Assembly: GCA_951813565.1 (NCBI GenBank)
Contig: OX638351.1
Coordinates: 4,544,001-4,608,000, forward strand
DNA length: 64,000 nucleotides
Source of the DNA: an uncultured Poribacteria bacterium
GTDB lineage: Bacteria; Poribacteria; WGA-4E; WGA-3G
Reading direction: 5' to 3'
The notes under the pieces were generated by a model, which searched no databases, had not been told where the DNA came from, and worked only from the letters and a program-made list of their open reading frames with translations. The translations under genes and the position numbers were made by a program. Positions 40,248 to 50,237 of this stretch are shown here, piece after piece; the stretch's first letter is position 1; every line of letters begins with the position of its first letter.

Positions 40248-40741
40248 ATGATGAAAAAGATTTTTTCACTAAAAAGTATGTTGGTAATTCTTATAATTGC
40301 TGGAATCATATTCATCATTTCAGGAATTGACACATACGAAGAAAAGTCTATGTCTGAGTGGATAGATGCTCGGCATAATGCTTTTATGAACTATTCTAAC
40401 CTAATACCAAATTACCCTAAATCGTAGGGGCGGGTCTCTGTGCCCGCCCTTACCATCGGCAATGAAAACAATGCAATTCTCGTTAATTTGGTATAAGTTG
40501 CTACGGACAAGATTTCAAGCTTGCAGACATTGCTTTTTGCTGAAAAACAAGGATTTCCAGCTAATTCTTATGCTTTCTTTTCTAAATCGGGGTTAGAAAC
40601 CCCTCCTACAAGAGCATTCGCGATATAGGTAGCAACTTGGGTTATTCTAATAAAATTGAAGGCTTTAGTTATATAATTGCAGGAACAGTCTTCATCATTG
40701 CGGGTTTCTATTTTATAGTTAGATTGAAGGAGAAACTCTAA
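40248..40741 (+). pseudogene. 80-aa two-TM protein gene interrupted by nested MITEs
   Basis: Removing 40399-40642 and one tattcta restores MMKKIFSLKSMLVILIIAGIIFIISG...NYSNKIEGFSYIIAGTVFIIAGFYFIVRLKEKL*. Confidence 0.75.
40399..40642. mobile_element. MITE family A with family D (40405-40493) inserted in its left TIR
   Basis: 7-bp duplication tattcta (40392-40398, 40643-40649); right TIR gtagcaacttgggt; left TIR acctaagttgctac split by D with TAA duplication. Confidence 0.85.
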
Positions 40742-40806
40742 ACACCTACTTCCACGTATAAAGAAAAGTTGGACCCAATATTTATTAGAGATTCTTACAA
40801 AACTTA

Positions 40807-42051
40807 ATGACTATCATTGGTAAAATAGCAATGTTTAATACCCTAACCGAACTCATAGAAAAAGTCCATCTCGGCGAAGACGCAACGATAGAATTCAAAA
40901 GAGAGATGCCGCGCAGAAGCAACCTTGCAGACGAAATTGCCGCGTTTGCCAATGCAAAAGGCGGTGTTATACTCATCGGTGTTGACGACGATAGCGAAAT
41001 CATTGGGTTAGACAAAGCGGACTTGGATAAGGCAGAAAAGGCAGTCGTTGAAATCTGCCGAGACAGCATTGACCCCATCGTTCTGATATTCACAGTAAAA
41101 TTACGGATTGACGATAAAAATCTGCTGAAAATAGAGGTGCCGAGAAGCCTATTTGTTCACAAAACCGCGAACGGTTACTTCATTCGCCAAGGAAGTAGCA
41201 AAAGAGAAATGTCCTCAGAGCAGTTAGCGCGGTTGTTTCAAACCCGATCACAGGCACGTATCATCGCCTTTGACGAACAATTCGTCCCGAACACACATCA
41301 AGGGACATTAAAAGAACCGCTCTACCGCCGATTTATCACAGAAGGTGCAGCGGAAGATGAGACAGAAGACCTACTCCTGAAAAGACGTTTACTCGTCAAG
41401 GAAGGTCAGGAGATTCGCGCCTCTATAGCCGGTATCTTGATGTGTCATGACACACCCGATGACTACCTTTACAACAGTTTCATTCAAGCGGTTTTGTATA
41501 AAGGGAAGGAAAAAGACGCAAACAATCAGTTTGATGCCACAGACATTCGGGGACCGTTAGACCAACAGATTATAGAAGCAATGAAATTCGCTGGTAGATA
41601 TAACGCGGTCGCAGCAAAGAAGGATATTGGCAGAATAGACGTCCCGCAATACAGCATGCGTGCCGTTTTTGAGGCAATCGTCAACGCTGTCGTGCATAGA
41701 GATTATTCAAAAAGCGGCTCAAAAATTCGGTTGTTTATGTTTGATGATCGGCTTGAACTTTATTCGCCTGGGGCATTGGCAAATACGGTGACAGTGGATA
41801 ATTTACGTTACAGCCAAGCCACGCGAAATGAACTGCTCGCGCGGCTACTTTCGGAAATTACGTTGGATGATAATATGAGAAGACAAGTAGTCCGCAGGCA
41901 CTTTTTAGAACGCAGAGGCGAAGGTGTCGGTATCATTCTGAACGAAAGCGAGGAATTGAGTGGAAAACCGCCTATCTATGAACTCTTTGACGAGGAATTA
42001 CGTCTGACAATTTTTGCTGCACACACAATTCCTCACTATTATTCAAAATGA
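40807..42051 (+). CDS. AlbA_2 (Schlafen-like) plus HATPase_c_4 (RecG C-terminal-like) protein
   Basis: GED..IEFK, IAAFANAKGG.I.IGVDD, EAIVNAVVHRDYS, YSPG.L, RNE, ERRGEGV. Start may be 40831. Confidence 0.88.
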   Translation: MTIIGKIAMFNTLTELIEKVHLGEDATIEFKREMPRRSNLADEIAAFANAKGGVILIGVDDDSEIIGLDKADLDKAEKAVVEICRDSIDPIVLIFTVKLRIDDKNLLKIEVPRSLFVHKTANGYFIRQGSSKREMSSEQLARLFQTRSQARIIAFDEQFVPNTHQGTLKEPLYRRFITEGAAEDETEDLLLKRRLLVKEGQEIRASIAGILMCHDTPDDYLYNSFIQAVLYKGKEKDANNQFDATDIRGPLDQQIIEAMKFAGRYNAVAAKKDIGRIDVPQYSMRAVFEAIVNAVVHRDYSKSGSKIRLFMFDDRLELYSPGALANTVTVDNLRYSQATRNELLARLLSEITLDDNMRRQVVRRHFLERRGEGVGIILNESEELSGKPPIYELFDEELRLTIFAAHTIPHYYSK

Positions 42052-43098
42052 ATACAGTGCCGTTATAGAAACCAACGCCCCCAATTTAAACGCATCGTTA
42101 CCCGATGCAGAATCATCGTATAAAGTTTCCTGCTGCATCGGCAACATAAACGTAATAGAGAGCGGGACGTTGTAAGGTGTCGCGATAGAAGTGCCCAGCG
42201 ATACCAGGCTAAAACGTAGTCCTGTATTGATGTCAATCTCACCATCCCAATGTGCATAAGATTGGTAAAGCCCAAGATAACTTGTCTGCAGCGAAAGCCA
42301 ATCGGTGATACGATAATTCAACCCACCAGTATAGGTAACATCCCATGAACCGCGATAGTTTTTGCTGTTTTCATAGAACGGATACTTACTTCTAACACTT
42401 GCGTTTGCCCTCAATCCGCCATAGACAGGAAAACTATAACGAAGGTCTGCAATCGGATTAAATGTGCCAGTACCGAATTGAATATGAAGATGTTCCATCC
42501 CCATATCTCCGAGTTTCCATGGGTCATTTTCAGTCTTACCGAACGGAATTGTTGTGCCAATTTTCGCGGTCAGCATATCATTTTGCCCGAAGATACCATG
42601 TTTGTGATAAGCTATCAAAAGATCCATATCTGATACACCTTGATAGGTTTCGTCTCGGTGATGAATTTCTTGATAGAGTAAAATCTTCCTTCTTACCTCA
42701 GGATCATCAATGTTCTCAAGTCCGCCGACGTTGGCATCTTGGTCTTTTATCTCATAAGGCACCACTGTTTCCAGTCGCAAATGCTTGTTAAGTTGATATT
42801 TTAGCCCAATATCAAACCGCACAACGTTCATCTCAACTTCATGTTTGTGAGCAGCCACAACTTCGGGTAGACTACCTATTGAAGATAATCCTTTAACCTC
42901 GTCGTGTCCACCTTGTGCATTAAACGTTCGCGTGCCAAAGGAGATTTGAAATTTCTTTTGCTCTGAAGTTAAACTAACTTCACTACCCTCACCTTGTGGG
43001 ATTGTGGGGTTGCTTCACGCACCTCAGCTCTCTTGTGCAAAACCGAGAGAAATGAAAATAAATTGAATGGCTAAAATTACAGAAAGGAGGTTTTTCAT
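42043..43098 (-). CDS. Outer-membrane beta-barrel (MetA-pathway/transporter-like), predicted selenoprotein with N-terminal UxxU
   Basis: GAGGT RBS, ATG 43098, signal peptide to LGFA, then QES-UGA-GA-UGA-SNPT, continuing in frame into ORF 42043-42858; 351 codons; ends in Phe. Confidence 0.8.
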
Positions 43099-43355
43099 AT
43101 CTGTTTTTACCTCAGGAATGTGTTTTGTACAGTTAGTAGAATTTTATTGTTCAGTTGTTCGGTTAAATTCATTTTGTCCCAATCTCATTATATTTTAGCA
43201 GATTATTTCTCACCGTGTCAAGGCAAATCAGAATCAAATTGATGTTGACATCTCTGAACTGATAACATATACTTTATTGAGCAATAATTATGCGATAGAT
43301 AGGCAGAATTAGATTGGTTTGTGTCATGCAACATAAAACATAAATGAGGTAAAAG

Positions 43356-45551
43356 ATGGATCACAAAACGTTAAAGATTTCAGATATATTAAAAATGAAA
43401 TCTTTTTCAATAACTTCAATATTGCAGCTTTCGCCAGATGGTGAGTGGCTTGCCTATGTCGTGAAGGATCCCAATCGGAAACCCTCATCTCAACAAGAAA
43501 TCACAGAATTCTCAGGATCTCTATCTACTGGAGCACCAGTTCATGCTTATTGTAGTGAAATTTGGGTTACCAATATCAGGACAAACGAGTCATATAGGCT
43601 TGGTTCAGAAGTGGGAGTTGACTGGGCACCACGGTGGTCTCCAGATGGACGTTATCTTGCATTTTGTTCTGACCGAATGGGCGCACCACAACTTTGGGTT
43701 TGGGATAGGATAGAAAATAAACAGCGGCGAATTAGCGATAAACCGATTTGTCCAATAGACGATTTTGAAGCACCACAGTGGACATCAGATGGAAAACAAC
43801 TCATTTCAAGATTACGACCAGATGATATGGATACTTCCACCATAATTTCTACCGATTCTAATGGACAAGCAATAAACGTCTGGCAGACAGAAACCGACGA
43901 ACAGTTTTCTTCAGAGGATAAACTAAATCCAGTCGCTTATCTTAAGGCTGATTTAGCGGTTTTCAATTTTGAGACGGGGGACGTATCGATTCTGATGCGA
44001 GGATTATATTCATTAGACATGTCTCTTTCTCCGAATAACACTACAGTTGCGGTAATGAACTTGACAGGACCAGAAAAATTGACATCTCAGGCAACCCTTT
44101 TTGAGTTGTTATTAGTGCCTTTAGATGGAACACCAATTCGACGCTTGGCTACAAAAATCAGACATGGAGCAAGAGTCGTAAGTTGGGCACCAGATGGTGA
44201 ACAGCTGGTATATGCTGCTCACCCGGATGGCCTATTTTTAGCTTCAACACAGAATGAGGAACAGAAAAACCTTACTGCGAACATTGCAGAGAGCCCTCGT
44301 TTTTTCACACGTCCGTTATGGAGTACATCGGGAGATACGATTTTTTGCGGTTTCGATGAAAATGTGTGGGAACTTGCAGCAGATGGGAGTGGGGCGCGGA
44401 AACTTACAGAAGGCTTGAATCGAGATATCGTTGGCATCATAGCGAAGGTGGGAACACATACCGTTTGGCAGTCAAGCGAAGAACGATCTATCTGTATTCA
44501 AACACACGATCGTGAATCAAAGAAAGATGGTTTCTATATGTTGAACACTGCTGAAGCAAGTGCTACCTGTCTGTTTGAGGAGCCGATTCACCTATATCAT
44601 CCTTGGTCGATTTTAGAGGATTTTGAGGTTGTGGGTGATGGCACACAGATTATATATAGATCAGAAGATACGACTGGACCAGAAGAAATCTGGACATTCG
44701 ATATAGCTACAGGAAAACGACGCCAAGTTACTGAGCTCAATCCACATTTATATAATTTAGACTTTGGTGAAATCCGTATCATCAAATCAGAAACAGTGGA
44801 AGATCAATGTTTCCGTCATGTTTTGATGCTGCCAGCCAACTACGAAGCAGGAAAGTGTTACCCTTTAATTGCATGGGTTTATCCCGGAGAGAGCTTATCA
44901 AGTTTTGCTTATTGTTTTGGGTTCCAAAAGAGAACGGAGATTAACTTTCAACTACTTGCAGCACAAGGTTTTGCAGTCCTTGGTGTTGATATGCCACTTG
45001 AATCCAACGAATCGCTAAAAGATATGTCTGAATTCGTGCTATCGGTAGTAGACGAAGTAATTGAAATGGGGATCGCCGATCCAAATCGTTTGGGGTTAAT
45101 GGGATTCAGTTACGGTGGATACAGTACGGCGGGAGTGATTACGCAAACCACTCGTTTCAAAGTAGCTGCGTGCGGCGGGGGTCTCTACAATCTGACCAGC
45201 TTTTACGGGCAACTTTCTAAACAGGGACATAGTAGCCGCATTGGTTGGGCAGAAGAGGGGCAGGGACGTATGGGAGGTTCACTCTGGGAACAACGCCAGC
45301 GATACATTGATAATTCGCCGATATTTCATTTGGATAAGATTGAAACACCTTTATTCATCTATTGCGGTGATGGTTTTGAAGGGGCTGACTACGCGCAATC
45401 TGGAGAACTTTTCTCCGGATTACGTAGACTAAATAAAAAAGCTACTTTCGCATGGTACAGAGGCGAAGGACATCATCCATTTGGTTGGAGACTTGAGTGC
45501 CAAACTGATTGCTGGGAACGAATTTTGGATTGGTTTGAAAAACATCTATAG
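43356..45551 (+). CDS. S9-family prolyl oligopeptidase / acylaminoacyl peptidase
   Basis: PD40 propeller repeats, GFSYGG nucleophile, GEGH. Confidence 0.92.
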   Translation: MDHKTLKISDILKMKSFSITSILQLSPDGEWLAYVVKDPNRKPSSQQEITEFSGSLSTGAPVHAYCSEIWVTNIRTNESYRLGSEVGVDWAPRWSPDGRYLAFCSDRMGAPQLWVWDRIENKQRRISDKPICPIDDFEAPQWTSDGKQLISRLRPDDMDTSTIISTDSNGQAINVWQTETDEQFSSEDKLNPVAYLKADLAVFNFETGDVSILMRGLYSLDMSLSPNNTTVAVMNLTGPEKLTSQATLFELLLVPLDGTPIRRLATKIRHGARVVSWAPDGEQLVYAAHPDGLFLASTQNEEQKNLTANIAESPRFFTRPLWSTSGDTIFCGFDENVWELAADGSGARKLTEGLNRDIVGIIAKVGTHTVWQSSEERSICIQTHDRESKKDGFYMLNTAEASATCLFEEPIHLYHPWSILEDFEVVGDGTQIIYRSEDTTGPEEIWTFDIATGKRRQVTELNPHLYNLDFGEIRIIKSETVEDQCFRHVLMLPANYEAGKCYPLIAWVYPGESLSSFAYCFGFQKRTEINFQLLAAQGFAVLGVDMPLESNESLKDMSEFVLSVVDEVIEMGIADPNRLGLMGFSYGGYSTAGVITQTTRFKVAACGGGLYNLTSFYGQLSKQGHSSRIGWAEEGQGRMGGSLWEQRQRYIDNSPIFHLDKIETPLFIYCGDGFEGADYAQSGELFSGLRRLNKKATFAWYRGEGHHPFGWRLECQTDCWERILDWFEKHL

Positions 45552-45705
45552 TGAACTATAAGATTAAGTGAACATTTTTTAGCATTTGCGGCGTTTGCAG
45601 TCGCGCAATTCATTGCGCCTCTTACATTCATCGGTAGGTGTGCTTTGTAAGCGCGCCGATCAGCATTTCAAATTGATGACATATTGACAAAATTTGGTGA
45701 AAAAA

Positions 45706-46557
45706 ATGAGCAATTATGAAGTAATAGTTAATGCAAGAACACATTTAGTTGTTGATACCGACACTGGACGTTGTTTAGGCGGCGTCGGTACAAACTTTTA
45801 TCGTCCCTTTGTCTTTCCATTTTATACACCTGCTGGACATACCGTGATTCAGGAATTCGCTTTTGATCATCCGTTTCACAACGGCATCTTTGTTGGACAA
45901 GCGCCTGTGAAGGTTGGTGAACGGGAAGCATGGTTTTGGGGAGCACCGCCGCGCCGTTCCTTCACGGACAGGCTTTTTGAGCAATTAGGTCGTATGGAAA
46001 CGGAGAAAGAAATTGACATGGCACCACATGCAGATGGTGTTCAGTTCGTTCAGAAGGTTGTCTGGCGCGATGCCAACGAAGAGCCTTTAGTCGACGAAAT
46101 TCGAACTGTCAATCTATATTCGATTGCGGATGGCACGGTATGCGAAATGACAAGCGAAAAGATTGCTAACTACGGTGCTGTCGAATATCCGCAAACCAAG
46201 TATGGGAGTATCGGGATGCGTGTTGAACCGAGACTTTTGCCTGTTATGGGAGGCGTTGTCATTGGTGACAACAACCGTAGAGGTAAAGTCGAAGTCATAG
46301 ACGAAAACATATCAGATTTTGTTGCATACCAAAACCAACTACCTGGGCACGGTCATTTTGGTGTCTTTATGACAATTCTTGAAGAAGGTATCCGCGGTCC
46401 GTGGTTCATTCGAGATTACGGTATGGCGCTCTATAATCCCACACAGACTGGTACAGTTTCAACACCAGCAAATGGGACATGGAAGATTGCCCTTCGATTT
46501 GTTGCTTATGACGGAGAGTTGACTACTGCCAGAGCTGAGAAGTGGTGTATGGTGTAG
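45706..46557 (+). CDS. DUF6807 ('PmoA-like') family beta-sandwich protein
   Basis: RPFVFP..TPAG, DHPFHNGIF, YG.IGMR, PWFIRDYG. Confidence 0.7.
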   Translation: MSNYEVIVNARTHLVVDTDTGRCLGGVGTNFYRPFVFPFYTPAGHTVIQEFAFDHPFHNGIFVGQAPVKVGEREAWFWGAPPRRSFTDRLFEQLGRMETEKEIDMAPHADGVQFVQKVVWRDANEEPLVDEIRTVNLYSIADGTVCEMTSEKIANYGAVEYPQTKYGSIGMRVEPRLLPVMGGVVIGDNNRRGKVEVIDENISDFVAYQNQLPGHGHFGVFMTILEEGIRGPWFIRDYGMALYNPTQTGTVSTPANGTWKIALRFVAYDGELTTARAEKWCMV

Positions 46558-48141
46558 ATGGAAACAGAAAACATCCTTGAACTTCGGAACCTTACGAAGA
46601 CATTCGGTGACCTTGTTGCTGTTGACAACGTAAATTTTGAACTGCAAGCTGGCGAAATCCACGCGATTTTAGGGGAGAACGGTGCTGGAAAATCCACCCT
46701 CATGAATCTCATTTATGGGCTTTACCAACCATCAGGTGGGAGTATCCATATTTCTGGTAAATCAAAAATATTCAAATCCCCGCGCGATGCAATTGCCAAC
46801 GGTATCGGCATGGTGCATCAACATTTTATGCTCATTGAGAATCTCACTGTCGCTGAAAATATTGCACTCACTGTTGCGCAATTCAGTTCAAGAGATGACA
46901 CATTAACCTATGTGGAATCCCCACCAAAAGAAAGCGTAAACACCATTAAACTTAGCAAATTTCGGTATAAAAAGAAAGACGCAGTTCAGATTACCGAAGC
47001 ACTTTCGCAAAGGTTTGGTCTGGCTGTTGATCCAAATTCGCTTGTACGGACACTTTCAGTCGGACTGAAACAGCGGGTTGAAATTCTAAAAGCACTTGCC
47101 GTGGATGCGCGCATTCTAATTCTTGATGAACCGACAGCAGTTCTCAGTCCACATGAAGTTACCGGCTTTTTTCAAATTCTGCGCGCACTACAAGACGATA
47201 ATCGATCAATCATTTTTATTAGCCACAAAATGAAAGAGGTGTTAGAAATTAGCGATAGGATTACGGTCTTGAGGCGTGGTAAGAAAGTTTACAACGGAAA
47301 GACAGGGGAACTTTCAACCCGTGGACTTGCCAGAGAGATGCTTGGTGAGGAAATCTCAGAGGTAGAACGGAAAAAAAACAAAGCAACAACAGACGTGGTG
47401 CTTAATATTTCTGGATTGACAGTCCTGGGGAGCCGCAATGAAATTGCTGTTTCGGATGTTTCTATGCAAACATATCGCGGTGAAATTGTCGGAATTGCTG
47501 GGGTTGATGGAAACGGACAACGCGAATTGGCAGAAGCAATTATGGGATTGCGTCTATCCAAGTATGGCACCGTAGAGATTTTAGGCAGGCAACCGTCGGG
47601 AACAAAAAATATACGCCGGTGTGGTGTTGGTTATATTCCTGAAGATAGGCGTACAATGGGCATAATCACTTCGTTTACTATAGCGGAGAATCTGATGTTG
47701 AACATAACGCATTTTGAACATTTAGCGAAACGCGGGATAATAGGTCAGAAAGCGAAAAATATAGCAGCGATGAAGCTTATTGAAACCTACGATATCCGAC
47801 CACCGTTTGCGAACATACCTGCTGCTGCTTTGTCGGGCGGAAATCAACAAAAAATCGTTCTCGCCAGAGAAATATCACCACAACCTGAGCTGCTTGTTGC
47901 TGTTAACCCTACACGTGGATTAGATGTTAGTGCTGCACGATATGTACATCAGAATTTACTCGCGCAGCGCGACCAAAAAAAATCTGTGCTATTAATTTCT
48001 ACAGAATTAGACGAAGTTTTAGAGATGAGTGATAGAATATATGTGATTTCAAGAGGAAGACTAATTGATGCCACTACACACCGAGATAACATTGAAGCAT
48101 TAGGGTTATTGATGACGGGAGAGACAGATACAGATGTTTAG
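46558..48141 (+). CDS. Nucleoside/simple-sugar ABC transporter ATP-binding protein (NupA/YufO type)
   Basis: GENGAGKST, GMVHQHF, LDEPTAVL, GVDGNGQ, LSGGNQQK, PTRGLD. Confidence 0.92.
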   Translation: METENILELRNLTKTFGDLVAVDNVNFELQAGEIHAILGENGAGKSTLMNLIYGLYQPSGGSIHISGKSKIFKSPRDAIANGIGMVHQHFMLIENLTVAENIALTVAQFSSRDDTLTYVESPPKESVNTIKLSKFRYKKKDAVQITEALSQRFGLAVDPNSLVRTLSVGLKQRVEILKALAVDARILILDEPTAVLSPHEVTGFFQILRALQDDNRSIIFISHKMKEVLEISDRITVLRRGKKVYNGKTGELSTRGLAREMLGEEISEVERKKNKATTDVVLNISGLTVLGSRNEIAVSDVSMQTYRGEIVGIAGVDGNGQRELAEAIMGLRLSKYGTVEILGRQPSGTKNIRRCGVGYIPEDRRTMGIITSFTIAENLMLNITHFEHLAKRGIIGQKAKNIAAMKLIETYDIRPPFANIPAAALSGGNQQKIVLAREISPQPELLVAVNPTRGLDVSAARYVHQNLLAQRDQKKSVLLISTELDEVLEMSDRIYVISRGRLIDATTHRDNIEALGLLMTGETDTDV

Positions 48142-49237
48142 TTTTTCTGCCTTATTTCGTAAGGTAAAATCTTTTTCTCTCATCATAGGAAAAAAAATTC
48201 TGTTTTTTTTTCTATGGATGTTAACACCCATTTTGATTTTATTGGTTGCCTTCATAACGAATGGCATCATCATATTCTTGTTTGGCTATAATCCAATAGA
48301 GGCTCTTGTTGCAGCTATTGATGTGACATTTGGTTCTCCACGTGGGATAGGTGAGACTTTAGTAAAAAGCACTCCTTTTCTTATGACAGGACTTTCTGTT
48401 GCCATCGCCTTTCGATGTGGAATATGGAATATCGGCGCTGAGGGACAGTTTCTGATGGGTGCTTTGGCGGCAACTTGGTTCGGAACTAAGATTGCCACAC
48501 TCCTTCCTAATACCTCTTGGATAGCGGTGCCGGTCTGTCTTTGCCTCGCAGTCTTTGCGGGCGGTATATGCGGAATTATTCCTGCAATTCTTAAAGTGAC
48601 ACGTGGTGTCAACGAAGTGATTAGCACGATTATGTTGAACTACATCGCGCTTCATCTGGTAAGCCTGATGATAGATGGAGGCCCGTTGCAGGAAGCATCA
48701 AAAACGGGTCCGCAAAGTGATCCGATAGTCGAATGGGTATTTCTACCACGAATTTTTGAGTCTCATCGAGTTCACCCAGGTATTGGTATAGCAGTTTTAT
48801 TAGCTATTGCCTTAACATTTATTTTGTTTCGAACAACGTTTGGATATCAACTCCGCGCAGTAGGTGAAGGAGGTGCAGCAGCGGAAGCGGCAGGGATTTC
48901 AATAGTACACAACACCTTACGCGTCTTTTTTATTAGTGGTGCACTTGCCGGACTCGGCGGTGCAATTGAACTCATGGCACTTGTTCCGCACCAACTTACC
49001 GAAAACTTTTCCCCTGGATACGGTTACACTGCAATTGCTGTAGCCTTATTGGCGAGACTGCATCCGTTGATGACTGTTACCACTGCACTCTTGTTTGGTG
49101 CACTATCAAGAGGATCGTTTGCTATGGAGGCAGAACTCGGAATATCCAGACAGGTGACGTTGATGATGCAAGCAATAATCCTTCTTTTCGTCATTGGATC
49201 AAGTTCTATAAAATTCTTTCGCAAACGTACACTGTAG
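48134..49237 (+). CDS. ABC transporter permease (NupB type)
   Basis: WNIGAEGQ, NEVISTIMLNY, GY.LRAVG, AIAVALL. Confidence 0.9.
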   Translation: MFSFSALFRKVKSFSLIIGKKILFFFLWMLTPILILLVAFITNGIIIFLFGYNPIEALVAAIDVTFGSPRGIGETLVKSTPFLMTGLSVAIAFRCGIWNIGAEGQFLMGALAATWFGTKIATLLPNTSWIAVPVCLCLAVFAGGICGIIPAILKVTRGVNEVISTIMLNYIALHLVSLMIDGGPLQEASKTGPQSDPIVEWVFLPRIFESHRVHPGIGIAVLLAIALTFILFRTTFGYQLRAVGEGGAAAEAAGISIVHNTLRVFFISGALAGLGGAIELMALVPHQLTENFSPGYGYTAIAVALLARLHPLMTVTTALLFGALSRGSFAMEAELGISRQVTLMMQAIILLFVIGSSSIKFFRKRTL

Positions 49238-49282
49238 TATATTGGTTGCATCAGTTAATGTAACCACAGATGTTAATGAGAA

Positions 49283-50227
49283 GTGAATATGATAGAGATA
49301 TTTGAAGATATCCTCGCTGCTACGATCCGTGGAGCAACCCCGCTATTACTTGCTGCATTAGGAGAGGTGGTTTCACAACGTGCCGGCGTGATTAACATCG
49401 GCATTGAAGGCATGATGCTCATCGGTGCGCTTTTCGGATGGGTGGGAACTTTCTATATGGCTGAACTGCCGTTCTTTGCACCATGGGTTGGGCTTTTGAT
49501 AGCAGGGTTAAGTGGACTTGCAACCGCAGCGATCTTTGTGTTATTTTCAATAAAACTACGTGGTGATCAGGTTGTTGTCGGCACAGCGATAACATTATTG
49601 GCGTTAGGATTCACAGAGGTAGTATATAGACGGCTTTTTGGAGTGACAGGCAGCTCACATAATGTTCCGAATTTTAAAGAATTTGATGTTCCATTTCTTT
49701 CACAAATTCCACTGTTTGGAAAGGCGTTATTTTCGCATAATATCATCGTCTTTATAGCTTTTCTACTCGTCCCCTGTGTCTATTTTTTCCTTTACCATAC
49801 GCAGCCAGGTCTAAGAGTTCGCGCCTGTGGCGAACATCCGAAAGCGATTTCTACTATTGGATCAAACGTCTCACTTTTGCGAACAGTGTGTCTGTTATTT
49901 GCCGGTACTATGGCAGGCATCGGGGGAGGTTATCTATCACTTGCAGATGTGCCTTATTTCTTTCCCGGAATGACAGCGGGTCGCGGTTTTATTGCGTTGG
50001 CAATAGTCATTTTCGGGAAGTGGCATCCAGTGAAAGCCTATGGTGCCGCACTACTTTTTGGTCTTGGGTTGGCGTTGGATAATCGATTCCAAGCATTTGG
50101 GTGGGATATCCAATATCAGTGGTTTTTGATGTTACCTTTTGTGCTTTGTTTAGTAGTATTAGCAGGCTTTGTTGGACGTGCAGAAGCACCACTTGCACTC
50201 GGAAAACCTTATGACCCGTCAGAGTAA
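49283..50227 (+). CDS. ABC transporter permease (NupC type)
   Basis: RAGVINIGIEGMM, GLRVRACGEHP, GRGFIALA..IFGKW, P.ALGKPY. Confidence 0.92.
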   Translation: MNMIEIFEDILAATIRGATPLLLAALGEVVSQRAGVINIGIEGMMLIGALFGWVGTFYMAELPFFAPWVGLLIAGLSGLATAAIFVLFSIKLRGDQVVVGTAITLLALGFTEVVYRRLFGVTGSSHNVPNFKEFDVPFLSQIPLFGKALFSHNIIVFIAFLLVPCVYFFLYHTQPGLRVRACGEHPKAISTIGSNVSLLRTVCLLFAGTMAGIGGGYLSLADVPYFFPGMTAGRGFIALAIVIFGKWHPVKAYGAALLFGLGLALDNRFQAFGWDIQYQWFLMLPFVLCLVVLAGFVGRAEAPLALGKPYDPSE

Positions 50228-50237
50228 TCTAACTCTT

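Noticed and set aside
45706..46557. Particulate methane monooxygenase PmoA
   Set aside because: The protein is soluble with no TM helices and there is no pmoB or pmoC; the family name is a known misleading label.
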